Assembly (NCBI GenBank): GCA_003166335.1
Contig: PMWA01000116.1
Span: forward strand, 1 to 19,197
Source: Methanobacterium sp.
GTDB taxonomy: Archaea > Methanobacteriota > Methanobacteria > Methanobacteriales > Methanobacteriaceae
Reading direction: 5' to 3'
DNA: 19,197 bases
The stretch's first letter is position 1. Every line of letters starts with the position of its first letter. The notes beneath the pieces are model-generated. The model was not told the DNA's origin. It made no database searches and was given only the letters and a program-made list of their open reading frames with translations. Position numbers and translations under genes: made by a program. This document shows positions 9,481 through 18,809 of the stretch, piece after piece.

Positions 9481-9545
9481 TAGGGTTATTTGGTTGGTGT
9501 TGTAGCCTTGTTTTATGATTATTCCTGCTAAAGTGTATTTATACA
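9479..9545. repeat. Diverged direct copy of 11507-~11603 with internal deletion
   Basis: Shared TATAGGGT, TTTGGTTGGTGTTGTAG.CTT, ATGAT.ATT.CTGCTAAA. Weaker scattered matches may extend to ~9655 versus ~11875. Confidence 0.75.
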
Positions 9546-9854
9546 GATGAATTTTCTGGACTGGAATTGCATATGTCGGGTGTAATCTACGTAAACCTAG
9601 TCCTTGGTCTGATAAATTGACTGTTTTGAGTATTACTCAGGTAAGAAAGGTGTAAGCTACCAGTGAATCAGAATTAGGGTTAAAAAAAGGTTAAAATTAA
9701 AGATTAGTGTTGAACTGGCCTATCCAGACTCTATTTGGATCTTATAATAATGCAAGGATTCCAGGCGGGCATTTGTGTGGGCTCAATGTGGATTTAGCTC
9801 CTTGAGATTCAGAGTTTTCTTCGAATGCATACCTCGTCGAATCCTCATGCAGGG

Positions 9855-11066
9855 TCATTGCTTGAAGTACTTCTTGAAGTCTATCTCCATCCAGCCACTG
9901 TGGGTTGGGATACGTACCCACCATTTTCTTTCCGCGGAGTGGTTGATTATCTGATAAACCGTTACGTCTCCAAATTCGCCTCCGCCACTGTTTGATGCGT
10001 TTTGAACTGGTTCAAACACAGAGAATCCACTTTCAGTCAGATTGCCATCGGCTTTGTATAGCGGTGCATTCATGGCATCCATGAATGTTTTTTCATCGAT
10101 ATTCGGCACTTTCTCGGAGAGGAGCTTGTTGAATGCGTTTTGGCGCGATTCTGAGTACCAACCCGTTGCGCCTGGGAGAGGGGGGATCCCCCAGCCAGGA
10201 TAATTGAACTGGTTTGCACGTACGGAAAGCTCTTCTGGCGAAGCCTCTGCCATATAGGTCTCAGGTGACAATTCAAAGTGAATGCCACAGTCCGGCTGGC
10301 AGACTCCCATGATGCACGGGTAGTCCGACTTCATCGTGTTAAGGACAATTTTGAGCTCGTCGATGGAACCGTATTCTAAGAGCGTGTTGCGCATGAATGT
10401 TGGCAGGGCGAAACGGTTCGAGTAAAGGACTGGTTCGATGGAGCCCAGACCGTTGTTGTACTCGACGTAAAGACCATTGTTGTTGATTGTATCATCGAAT
10501 CCCGAAATCGTGCCAGGTGCCCCAATACCTGCGACGCTCAATTCGCCGCCAACAGGGTTAATCACGACGATAACTCCGTTAACCCCGATCATATCACGCA
10601 TGAACTCGGGAAAATCCAGGTTCCGCCCCATGTAGGCGGTGCCATCCTTTGTCTTGTTGCCCCATGCTACAAGGGATGAGCAACCTACCCGTCTCCCCAA
10701 CAGAACGAGAGGTAGCCAATTGTCCAGAACAACCGCCTCGCTGACACTGATACCCGATGCCTCAGCGATTCCATGATAGAAATCTTTCAGGGTTTTCGGC
10801 GCGGACGTATAAAATGGTGTGCCAATCACCTTCAGAATGCTGTCAAAAGAGAGTTTACCGGAATCCACGAAGATATTCTTCCAGGTGTCGCGTGTAGTCA
10901 GGATCTTGTCCTTCTCAAGACTGCCGTATTGATGACCCATCTCCTTGTGAGTGCCGTTCAGCACCACGAGGTCCAGAATTCCTACGTGGAAAAGCTGGGC
11001 ACCTGCGTATTCACTGACCAACTTTGCGTTTGAATCGATCGTATCTTGGTCAATTTTTGCTTTCAT
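9855..11066 (-). CDS. C45 family autoproteolytic peptidase/acyltransferase (Ntn hydrolase)
   Basis: LNGTHKEMGHQYG, GIAEASG, cleavage/nucleophile site G-CSSLVAWG (Cys codon 10680-10682), DG..YMGRNLDF, INNNGL. Confidence 0.88.
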   Translation of the reverse strand: MKAKIDQDTIDSNAKLVSEYAGAQLFHVGILDLVVLNGTHKEMGHQYGSLEKDKILTTRDTWKNIFVDSGKLSFDSILKVIGTPFYTSAPKTLKDFYHGIAEASGISVSEAVVLDNWLPLVLLGRRVGCSSLVAWGNKTKDGTAYMGRNLDFPEFMRDMIGVNGVIVVINPVGGELSVAGIGAPGTISGFDDTINNNGLYVEYNNGLGSIEPVLYSNRFALPTFMRNTLLEYGSIDELKIVLNTMKSDYPCIMGVCQPDCGIHFELSPETYMAEASPEELSVRANQFNYPGWGIPPLPGATGWYSESRQNAFNKLLSEKVPNIDEKTFMDAMNAPLYKADGNLTESGFSVFEPVQNASNSGGGEFGDVTVYQIINHSAERKWWVRIPTHSGWMEIDFKKYFKQ

Positions 11067-11101
11067 TTCGTTATCCTCCTTTCTTTATAATATGTTTTCA
11101 T
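11063..11101 (-). CDS. Putative 12-aa leader peptide MKTYYKERRITK coupled to the C45 gene
   Basis: Own SD (AGGAGGT) upstream, contains the second SD (AGGAGG), and its TGA overlaps the C45 ATG as ATGA. Confidence 0.45.
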   Translation of the reverse strand: MKTYYKERRITK

Positions 11102-11489
11102 TTAGTTGTACCTCCTTCCTTTATAGATTTCATTTCATGGTTTGCTATGCATAGAAAAGCACCGATATTTATGTTTTCTTTCAGCCCCACAACTCCTTCA
11201 AATATATGAATCTATTCCGTGAAGGTACTCTGATTAAGGCACTTGAGCCACATCTCGCGGTGCTTCACGTCGGTAACGAATAGCATTCATTGTCAATATA
11301 TCAATCTATAAGTCTCCATAGCGATCTTTTACAAAATTGCACTGTTCTCCTTTAACTATGAATAATCTGTGGCTGAAGGATTATTTCATCTACCATGATA
11401 ACACTGATTTTTATCATTGTATTCACTTGATTATTAATTAAATGGTCTAGGTAACAGATATAATTTATTGAGAAAGGATGAAAATGATG

Positions 11490-11781
11490 TATATGACAAA
11501 TAAGATTATAGGGTCCTAGTTTTTTCATGTTTGCGAGCCTTTGTATCCTTTGGTTGGTGTTGTAGTCTTATGTCATGATGATTGCTGCTAAAAGTGCAGT
11601 TATCATTCCATCTCATATTGAACATATTAACAATAGAAGACACTACTACTACGACTAGGGATCCATCAAAGCAACTACTTACGTTAAGATCTAAAATATC
11701 TTCATGTATTTTTGGGGGAACATCATATTGTTCACTGGGATAAATATTGCACACTACAATTGCAAGCGAATTAACAGACAA
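11490..11781 (-). pseudogene. Decayed membrane-protein gene remnant (family unknown)
   Basis: An alternative frame reads IFIPVNNMMFPQKYMKIF*...GMITALLAAIIMT*DYNTNQRIQRLANMKKLGPYNL with several stops. Partly duplicated at 9479-9545. Confidence 0.35.
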
Positions 11782-12104
11782 TATTAACTTTCAGATGAGC
11801 TATTTACAGTGGGGTTTATTTAGTTAGCTGAGAAATCTTACGTGGTTCTTCTTTTCTGATTGAAAAGGGTGTGTAAAACATTATGGAAATATGATGAATG
11901 TAATGTTATTCCAAATCATCATTTCATTCAATTCAGCTTCCTTGATTCAATAATCATGTGTGCTTGTTTTTACATTTCTTAATGCGTTTCTTTTTACTCG
12001 ATTCCTAAAAAAGACATAATAATTATAAATAATATAATACATAAATAATATAAATTTTCCAAAAATGACCTAATTAAAATATAATTAGCTTGAGGTATCT
12101 GTAA

Positions 12105-13829
12105 ATGCGAATGATTGGTTTTCGAGATGTCATGTTAACTTTAATGAATTTCGCGGGTGGTGAAAAGGACTTGGTGATATCACTGAAGGAAAATAATGAC
12201 TTTCACTCGTCCGAGTCAGCTGTAGGAACCTCTAAGAATACTAAATCAACTACCTCTGAGGAAGATGGTAGAATCGGTGAATCTAAAGGGCCGGGGATGA
12301 TTGTGCTGGCTACTCTGATCTTGGCGGCTGCGGTAGCTAATTTGAATCTTTCGGTGGCTAATGTTGCTTTACCTTCCATCGGCCTTGCTTTTGACGCTTC
12401 GCAGGTTCAAATTAATCTGGTGGCGATTGGTTACTCTTTAGGTTTAGCAGCATCCGTGTTATGGTTCGGTGCTGTTGGTGACCGCCATGGTCGTAAGATG
12501 ATGCTCATTATTGGTACACTGCTAGCCATCCCTGCATCTGTGCTTGCTGGTTTTGCCCCCACTGTGGAGATTCTAATCGGAGCTCGTATCATCGGTGGTT
12601 TAGCTGCAGGAATGGCATATCCAACGACTTTAGCACTGATAGCTGCGTTATGGTCCGGTCATGCCAAAACAAAGTCCATCGCCTTGTGGTCAGGCATAGG
12701 TGCTGCAACTGCTGCACTTGGACCAGTCATCGCTGGTTACCTACTTTTATCTCATGATTGGGGTTCGGTCTTCCTAGTTACGTTACCACTGGCCGTAATA
12801 GGTCTCATCATGATTATCAAATTCATTCCCGCCCACATAAACGAAACAAAAGATCGGGTTGATAACCTGGGAGGTATCCTTTCGCTACTGATGTTGGGAG
12901 CCTTGATTCTCGCCATTAACATTGCACCACTCGCTAATCAGACCAATCTTCTTCTTGTGTTAACAGTCATTACTGTGGCTGCAGGATTATTGTTTATCAT
13001 CCGCCAACGCCGAGCGAAGAGCCCGCTCTATGACCTTAAAGTGGCAACGCGTCGAACGTTCCTGATAGCAGCTGTTGCAGGGATAATTGTTTTTGGTTCG
13101 CTTATGGGTGCGATGTATATTGGCCAGCAGTTTTTACAAAACGTCCTCGTCTATTCAACCCTGGATTCCGGGCTCGCAATTATACCCGCGGCTGTTTTAT
13201 TGGTAATAGTAGCTCCATTTTCCGCCATGCTTGTACGTTCACATGGTTCTAGATTTACACTTTTAGTTGGTTACTTATTTTGTTTACTAGGATTCTTGAC
13301 CATGTTCTTTCTATGGCATGAGGGTATCCCCTACTGGAAGGTGGGATTGGCTTATGGTTTAGTGGGGATTGGTGTGGGATTCGCCGGCACTCCTGCCTCA
13401 AACTCCCTGACCGGTTCGGTTCCAGTCAAACGTGAAGGAATGGCCTCGGGAACTGCAGACCTGCAGCGTGATTTAGGTGGTGCTATCATGACCTCCATTT
13501 TCGGGGTTCTGTTAACCGCTGGATATGCCAGAGCATTCTCTGCACAAATCGCTGGGGTGCCCAGTAATGTTCAGCAACAAATATCTAGCAATGTCACGGC
13601 GGAGCTCTTGAAATCGTTTAGCAGCGCTGCTGAAGTTGCTAAACAGCATCCGCAATATTCAACTCAGATCATAACCGCTGCTAAATCTTCCTTCTTAACG
13701 GGTGATCATCTGGCTTACCTTGCCGGAATTATCGCAATCTTAATTGGAACAGCCATCGTATTCTTTATGTATCCTAAGAAGGAAGAAGAGATGAATTTGC
13801 TTGCGGAGTACCATGATCAGGATAAGTAA
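12105..13829 (+). CDS. MFS transporter, DHA2 (14-TMS) drug:H+ antiporter type; true start may be TTG/GTG at ~12171-12174
   Basis: ANLNLSVANVALPSI, motif A GAVGDRHGRK, LIGARIIGG, motif C-like AALGPVIAGYL, about 14 hydrophobic segments. Confidence 0.92.
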   Translation: MRMIGFRDVMLTLMNFAGGEKDLVISLKENNDFHSSESAVGTSKNTKSTTSEEDGRIGESKGPGMIVLATLILAAAVANLNLSVANVALPSIGLAFDASQVQINLVAIGYSLGLAASVLWFGAVGDRHGRKMMLIIGTLLAIPASVLAGFAPTVEILIGARIIGGLAAGMAYPTTLALIAALWSGHAKTKSIALWSGIGAATAALGPVIAGYLLLSHDWGSVFLVTLPLAVIGLIMIIKFIPAHINETKDRVDNLGGILSLLMLGALILAINIAPLANQTNLLLVLTVITVAAGLLFIIRQRRAKSPLYDLKVATRRTFLIAAVAGIIVFGSLMGAMYIGQQFLQNVLVYSTLDSGLAIIPAAVLLVIVAPFSAMLVRSHGSRFTLLVGYLFCLLGFLTMFFLWHEGIPYWKVGLAYGLVGIGVGFAGTPASNSLTGSVPVKREGMASGTADLQRDLGGAIMTSIFGVLLTAGYARAFSAQIAGVPSNVQQQISSNVTAELLKSFSSAAEVAKQHPQYSTQIITAAKSSFLTGDHLAYLAGIIAILIGTAIVFFMYPKKEEEMNLLAEYHDQDK

Positions 13830-14018
13830 TCCTGTCGTATTTTTTAATAAAACGATCTGAATTAATAAAATTTTTTTTATTTGAATAAAAGTTCTAAATT
13901 AGTTATTTTTAATTTTACGTTGAAATACACATTTTTTGATATAATATTTTGTGCACCGTATTAGTTAGAAAAACCGTAAAAATATGGAGCCAGAGTTATT
14001 TTTAGTAAAATTTTTATC

Positions 14019-14411
14019 TCATTTTTCTTTTGTTTCAAATAGTGTTATGGAGCTATTTAAACCGTCCATGCTGGATTCTATGATGTCTATGGCTGATTCT
14101 AATTCATCGTCTTTATATTTTTGATCAATTCTTAATCTTTGAATGATGAATCCTATAATTGATAATATAGCCATGAATATTAAGGCATAGAATAATAGAG
14201 TTAATATGAATTGGTTGAATGTTAAATTATTTAATGTGGTGGCTGATAGGATGAATATTACTAAGAATGCAAAGCTGAATAGGGTGGCTATGATTAATAA
14301 TAATTTTTGGTCATCGCTTCTATCCTTGAATGATGAATAAGCTGCTATGGATAGGGATGATCCGGCTAAGCTTAGAACTAGGAATTCTGGTATTAAAGCT
14401 GTAATATCCAT
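14019..14411 (-). CDS. Hypothetical membrane protein (about 3 TM helices, acidic C-terminal tail)
   Basis: Three hydrophobic stretches in 130 aa. Starts 19 bp after the stop of the upstream co-oriented gene. Confidence 0.7.
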   Translation of the reverse strand: MDITALIPEFLVLSLAGSSLSIAAYSSFKDRSDDQKLLLIIATLFSFAFLVIFILSATTLNNLTFNQFILTLLFYALIFMAILSIIGFIIQRLRIDQKYKDDELESAIDIIESSMDGLNSSITLFETKEK

Positions 14412-14430
14412 TTTTTATAATATATTTTTT

Positions 14431-15051
14431 TTAGTTAATGTAACATTCTTGTTTCATTGCTTCATCTTTAGTTAAGGGGTGTGCGTATTTCAGCATTTTA
14501 TTAAATGCTTGGTCATATATTTCTATTAATTTGGGTTGGGCTTTCATTACTCCTACACTTCCTCGGCTATGGTTGTGTCTGTGCGGTTTTTCTATGAATA
14601 AATGAGTTTTATTGAATATCATGAAATGTTTTAGTGGTCTTTTAGGTAGTATTAAGTATTCTACACTTTTATATTTATCCAGTAGAGTGTAAATTTCCAT
14701 TCTATCCTCACAGAATACTTTGGGACCGCTGATTATTGTTATTGAATTAAATTTATGATTTGCTGCGTGTTTAACTATCTCTTGTGTGCCTTCACTGAAT
14801 TCTCCTACTATTACTTTGAGTTCTAATTCACCGATAATTTTTCCTTTAATTTTCTGATTTTTTAATTTTTCAATGAGATTAAATCTCCACACTCTTTTTT
14901 TATATCTTTCTGTACTATGGAATAGAACTATTTCTTTTCCATATTGGTCATCATAGTGGGGATTATGCTTATAAATTAATTTAATTATGAATATTACTGT
15001 TAATGTTGATAAACTCAATAATATTAGGATTAATGTATAATCAAACTGCAT
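14431..15051 (-). CDS. Hypothetical protein with N-terminal TM anchor and possible PLD-like domain
   Basis: N-terminal hydrophobic helix. Pattern KVIVGE..ITIISGP..RPLKHFMIFNKTHLFIEKPH..IYDQAFNKML resembles PLD/TrmB-like topology without a canonical HxKxxxxD. GAAGGA upstream. Confidence 0.65.
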   Translation of the reverse strand: MQFDYTLILILLSLSTLTVIFIIKLIYKHNPHYDDQYGKEIVLFHSTERYKKRVWRFNLIEKLKNQKIKGKIIGELELKVIVGEFSEGTQEIVKHAANHKFNSITIISGPKVFCEDRMEIYTLLDKYKSVEYLILPKRPLKHFMIFNKTHLFIEKPHRHNHSRGSVGVMKAQPKLIEIYDQAFNKMLKYAHPLTKDEAMKQECYIN

Positions 15052-15421
15052 TTTAATTAAATTCCTTCATTTTTTATCTTAGGTTTACTTTATAGATTAA
15101 TATTATTTTTTTCTTAGAGATTAATACATTATCCATATTACTTTTAGATTTTAAAATTAAATAAAATTTTCTATTGCATTATTAAAAACGAACAAAGTAG
15201 AGTTAGAAACTATCACAGTTCAAAAATAAATCTTTAATTAAGATGCTTACCAGTACATTTAAAATAATCCTTACCATCCCTACAGATATTCATTTACAAA
15301 AAATTTGGAAATAAGCCTTATGCTGTGGTTATATAAAATTTTATCAATTTAATTCAATAAAAAAAATTAAAACCAGAAATTCCCAAAAAATTTAATATTT
15401 CGTTATACTAAATTTAAATAC

Positions 15422-15763
15422 ATGGTACTAAAATTGGAAAAATTTAATCTGATATATATCACTCACCAAAAAACCATTATGAAAATATTAAAGTTACTGA
15501 TTCTTAAACCTAATATTTACTGGGGACTCACCGAATTATCTTTGGAGCTTTTAATTTCCAAATCAACGATTTTACGAATTATGCATTATTTAACTAATTA
15601 TAACTTAGTATTAGAGCAAAAGTCTGGACATAAGGTTTATTATCAGATGGCTCCGAATTTTAGGAATCCAATAGATTTTCTATCCCTCAAACTTGAAGAT
15701 AACGTCAGCATATGCAATTTATTCGGCAGCATTGCATTTAGGGGTCTGTTGAAAATCCTATAG
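15422..15763 (+). pseudogene. Winged-HTH plus truncated minimal nucleotidyltransferase (MNT)-like protein
   Basis: KILKLL..P....GLTELSLELLISKSTILRIMHYL....LV...KSGHKVYY (wHTH), then LFGSIAFRG resembling the MNT LFGSxARG motif. Stops before the DxD motif. Confidence 0.55.
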
Positions 15764-15974
15764 AGCTGAATAGAATTTTAACTAAAAATCAAAATTATAA
15801 AATTTCATTAAATTTACTTTTTTTTAATTACAGATATGGGATAAAAATAGCGTCTCCGGGGGTTCGGAAGAGTTATTTTTTTTTGATTAAATAAATTATT
15901 TTTAGTTAAATTAATAATATTTGAGTAATATAAATCACAATTAAATTAATTGAATTTTTATTTCCTTAATATTA

Positions 15975-16433
15975 ATGGATTGTGAACTTATGAAGAAGAT
16001 TATTGAGCCAGTTGAATTACTTTTTATTGAACGAAATCCGGGTAATTTGAAGCAGTTATTTGAAGTGTTTAATGAATCTAAGTTTTCTAATCATATTCGT
16101 TTCACTGGTAATGCAGATGAAGCATTGAGGATGATATTCCAAGATGGTGAATATAGTAATGTGCCTCGGCCAGATCTTATAATATCTGATATTCATAGTT
16201 ATCGTAGAGAGGCGGGAGTAGGAGTTTTAGCAGAGGTTTTAGCTAACATTGCTAAGACAGAGACTATAAAATGTATACCTACTGTTATTTTAACCTCATT
16301 AGAAGATAAAGAGGAAGAAATTGAAATACAAAACTGCCCTAATTTATTAATAAATAAACCAGCTGAATCAGAAAATTACCCGGATGTAATGAAATCCATA
16401 GAAAAATTCTGGCTGAAACATAAAAAAAGTTAA
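15975..16433 (+). CDS. Single-domain response regulator receiver (Rcp1-like), atypical
   Basis: GEYSNVPRPDLIISD, IKCIPTVILTS, NKP and MKSIEKFWL match Rcp1-type receivers. The first acidic motif reads IERNPG. Confidence 0.85.
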   Translation: MDCELMKKIIEPVELLFIERNPGNLKQLFEVFNESKFSNHIRFTGNADEALRMIFQDGEYSNVPRPDLIISDIHSYRREAGVGVLAEVLANIAKTETIKCIPTVILTSLEDKEEEIEIQNCPNLLINKPAESENYPDVMKSIEKFWLKHKKS

Positions 16434-16619
16434 ACTATTCTAAAATGGTTTCCTATATTTATAAAAAAAAATAATATATTCCTAAATTAACAAATTTCTC
16501 TTTTATAATTTATTTTTTTTCTTTTAGCATCCGATACGAATCGACGCAGATTACCTGCAATTAAATTTTATATTATTCCAGAATCATTTATAGGCAACGC
16601 CTTAATCATTGAGAGATAG

Positions 16620-17002
16620 ATGACTACAAAAAAGAAATTAGTTAAAGCTAAAAAAAGAGGAGTTACCTATGTGTGTGATTCACGTAGTATAGAAAGGAAA
16701 GAATTAGGTAATAATGGTGAGGTTAGAGATACTTTTATAGTATTTTTGAACGTTGGGGAAGTAAAAATGGATGGTTTGGCCAAAAAACAGTTTTATTAAA
16801 AGACATCAAAAATAGAGAGGGTAAAGTTATAACCGATCACTTATGGTTTAATTTAACTAAAGGTTTCCAGAAGTTACATATGAGAGAAGGAGATATCATT
16901 CAATTTGATGCCCGAGTGAAAGCTTATGTTAAAGGATATAATAAAATTGACAGAAAAATTGATTATAAATTATCATATCCCACGAAACTAAAAAAATTAT
17001 AA
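16620..17002 (+). pseudogene. Frameshifted conserved hypothetical gene, phage-type small beta-rich protein (not in ORF track)
   Basis: One added base at ~16740 gives a 127-aa ORF: ...RKELG..RDTFI(G)IFERWGSKNGWFGQKTVLLKDIK...VITDHLWFNLTKGF...GDIIQFDARVKAYVKGY...DYKLSYPTKLKKL. Confidence 0.75.
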
Positions 17003-17057
17003 TTTTATATTATAGAATATCTAAAAAAAAAATAATTCAAAAGAAACTATTTTTTTT

Positions 17058-18449
17058 TTAAGGATGAGTCATTTTCTTAGGATCCATTACTTGATCAAAT
17101 TCTTCTTCTGAAATATACTCTAATTCCAATGCAGCTTCTTTAAGTGTTAAATCATGTTCAAGGGCGTAATGTGCTACTTCAGCTGATTTATCATAACCTA
17201 TTATTGGACTAAGCGCTGTGACCAACATTAATGATTGCTCTAAAAATTTGTTAATTTGTTTCAGGTTAGGCTTGGTATCTTTAACTAGGAATAATCGGAA
17301 GTTATGGGATCCATCAGTTAATATATGGATTGATTGCATGATATTATGGATTATTAATGGTTTATAAACATTCATCTCTAAATATCCTCCACCACCGCCT
17401 AGGGTAACTGCCAAGTCATTGGCCATCACCTGAACTGTAATCATGGTTAATGCTTCGCATTGAGTAGGATTAACTTTTCCAGGCATGATAGATGAACCCG
17501 GTTCATTTTCAGGAATATCTAATTCATGAATACCGCAGCGAGGACCACAACTCAAGATACGAATATCATTAGCAATTTTAAACAGAGAAGTAGCCAGTGT
17601 TTTTAATGTGCCACTAAGCATAACTAATGCATCATGAGCCCCTTGAACAGTGAATTTGTTTGGTGCAGTTATAAATGGTAAACCTGTTTGTTTAGCTATT
17701 TCTTTAGCTACTTCTGCATCAAATCCCGGGGCAGTATTAATTCCAGTTCCAACTGCCGTACCACCCAACGCTAAACAATATAAACCCTTTAAAGCATCAT
17801 TTAAACGGTCTAAATTATCATCCAACATTCCCACATAACCTGAAAATTCCTGTCCTAAAGTTAAAGGAGTAGCATCCTGCATATGCGTTCTACCAATCTT
17901 AACTATATCCTTCCATTCATCCGATTTAGATTTCAAAGAATCACGTAAACTTTTAATGGATGGTTTTAATTGTTCTTCCACACCTTTTGCAGCGGCAATA
18001 TACATAGCCGATGGAAAATTGTCATTAGATGATTGAGACATATTAACATGGTCATTAGGATGCACTGGAGTTTTACTACCTAATGGATTACCCGTCAACT
18101 GACAGCAGCGATTAGAAATGACTTCATTAATGTTCATATTGAACTGGGTGCCGCTTCCAGTCATCCACACATGCAACGGGAACTGATCATGATGTTTTCC
18201 TTCTAAAATTTCCTCACAAACCTGCACTATCAGTTCCTGTAATTCAAATTTTAATCTTCCATCACGGTTATTGACTATAGCAGTTGATTTTTTTAAAATA
18301 GCATATGATTCAATCATCTCTTTAGGGATTAATTCATCACCAATACTAAAATACTCCAATGAACGCTGCGTTTGAGCTCCCCACAATTTATCTGCAGGTA
18401 CTTGAACTTCACCTATACTATCGGTCTCTATACGAAAGTCATCCCTCAT
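17058..18449 (-). CDS. fumC: Class II fumarate hydratase
   Basis: [44 protein letters not shown], signature [15 protein letters not shown]. Confidence 0.96.
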   Translation of the reverse strand: MRDDFRIETDSIGEVQVPADKLWGAQTQRSLEYFSIGDELIPKEMIESYAILKKSTAIVNNRDGRLKFELQELIVQVCEEILEGKHHDQFPLHVWMTGSGTQFNMNINEVISNRCCQLTGNPLGSKTPVHPNDHVNMSQSSNDNFPSAMYIAAAKGVEEQLKPSIKSLRDSLKSKSDEWKDIVKIGRTHMQDATPLTLGQEFSGYVGMLDDNLDRLNDALKGLYCLALGGTAVGTGINTAPGFDAEVAKEIAKQTGLPFITAPNKFTVQGAHDALVMLSGTLKTLATSLFKIANDIRILSCGPRCGIHELDIPENEPGSSIMPGKVNPTQCEALTMITVQVMANDLAVTLGGGGGYLEMNVYKPLIIHNIMQSIHILTDGSHNFRLFLVKDTKPNLKQINKFLEQSLMLVTALSPIIGYDKSAEVAHYALEHDLTLKEAALELEYISEEEFDQVMDPKKMTHP

Positions 18450-18614
18450 TTATAATAACCCCATTAATTAAAAATTTTTAAGCTAACTGCCAACCAAATT
18501 TAAGGATATTTTATATAATTTTTTATGGATTCTCTTAAATAGGATTTTTCCCAAATAATGTAGATACCAAACTATACGATACACATAGATACATAAATGA
18601 TGGTTTAAAAAAAA

Positions 18615-18809
18615 TCATCGTTTTTTCTCACAATCAAAGCAGTATTCAACATCCCTGTTAGTTTTGAAAACTTTACCGCACCCTTTGCATGCAATCTGTT
18701 TTAAAGAACATTGTTTATCAACTATATCCAAAGAACATGAACATTTCCATCCCATTTTACCTTTCAATTCCTGTTCAAATGCTTTGTCTTCATCTATTTC
18801 TCGAACCAT
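18615..18809 (-). CDS. Small Cys-rich putative Zn-binding protein
   Basis: 64 aa with CSC...C, CKGCGKVFKTN and CFDC. GGGT SD-like sequence upstream. Confidence 0.75.
   Translation of the reverse strand: MVREIDEDKAFEQELKGKMGWKCSCSLDIVDKQCSLKQIACKGCGKVFKTNRDVEYCFDCEKKR

Noticed and set aside
9221..9660. CRISPR-like or cassette array explanation for the mosaic
   Set aside because: No constant repeat separates the pieces, their lengths are irregular, and no cas, integrase or reverse transcriptase gene is present.
9742..11209. ORFs 9742-9924, 10070-10288, 10773-11033, 10951-11154 and 11024-11209
   Set aside because: Overlap the GC-richer C45 gene in other frames or the opposite strand. No motifs.
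16730..16750. Programmed ribosomal frameshift
   Set aside because: No clear slippery heptamer or stimulatory structure. A simple 1-nt deletion explains it.
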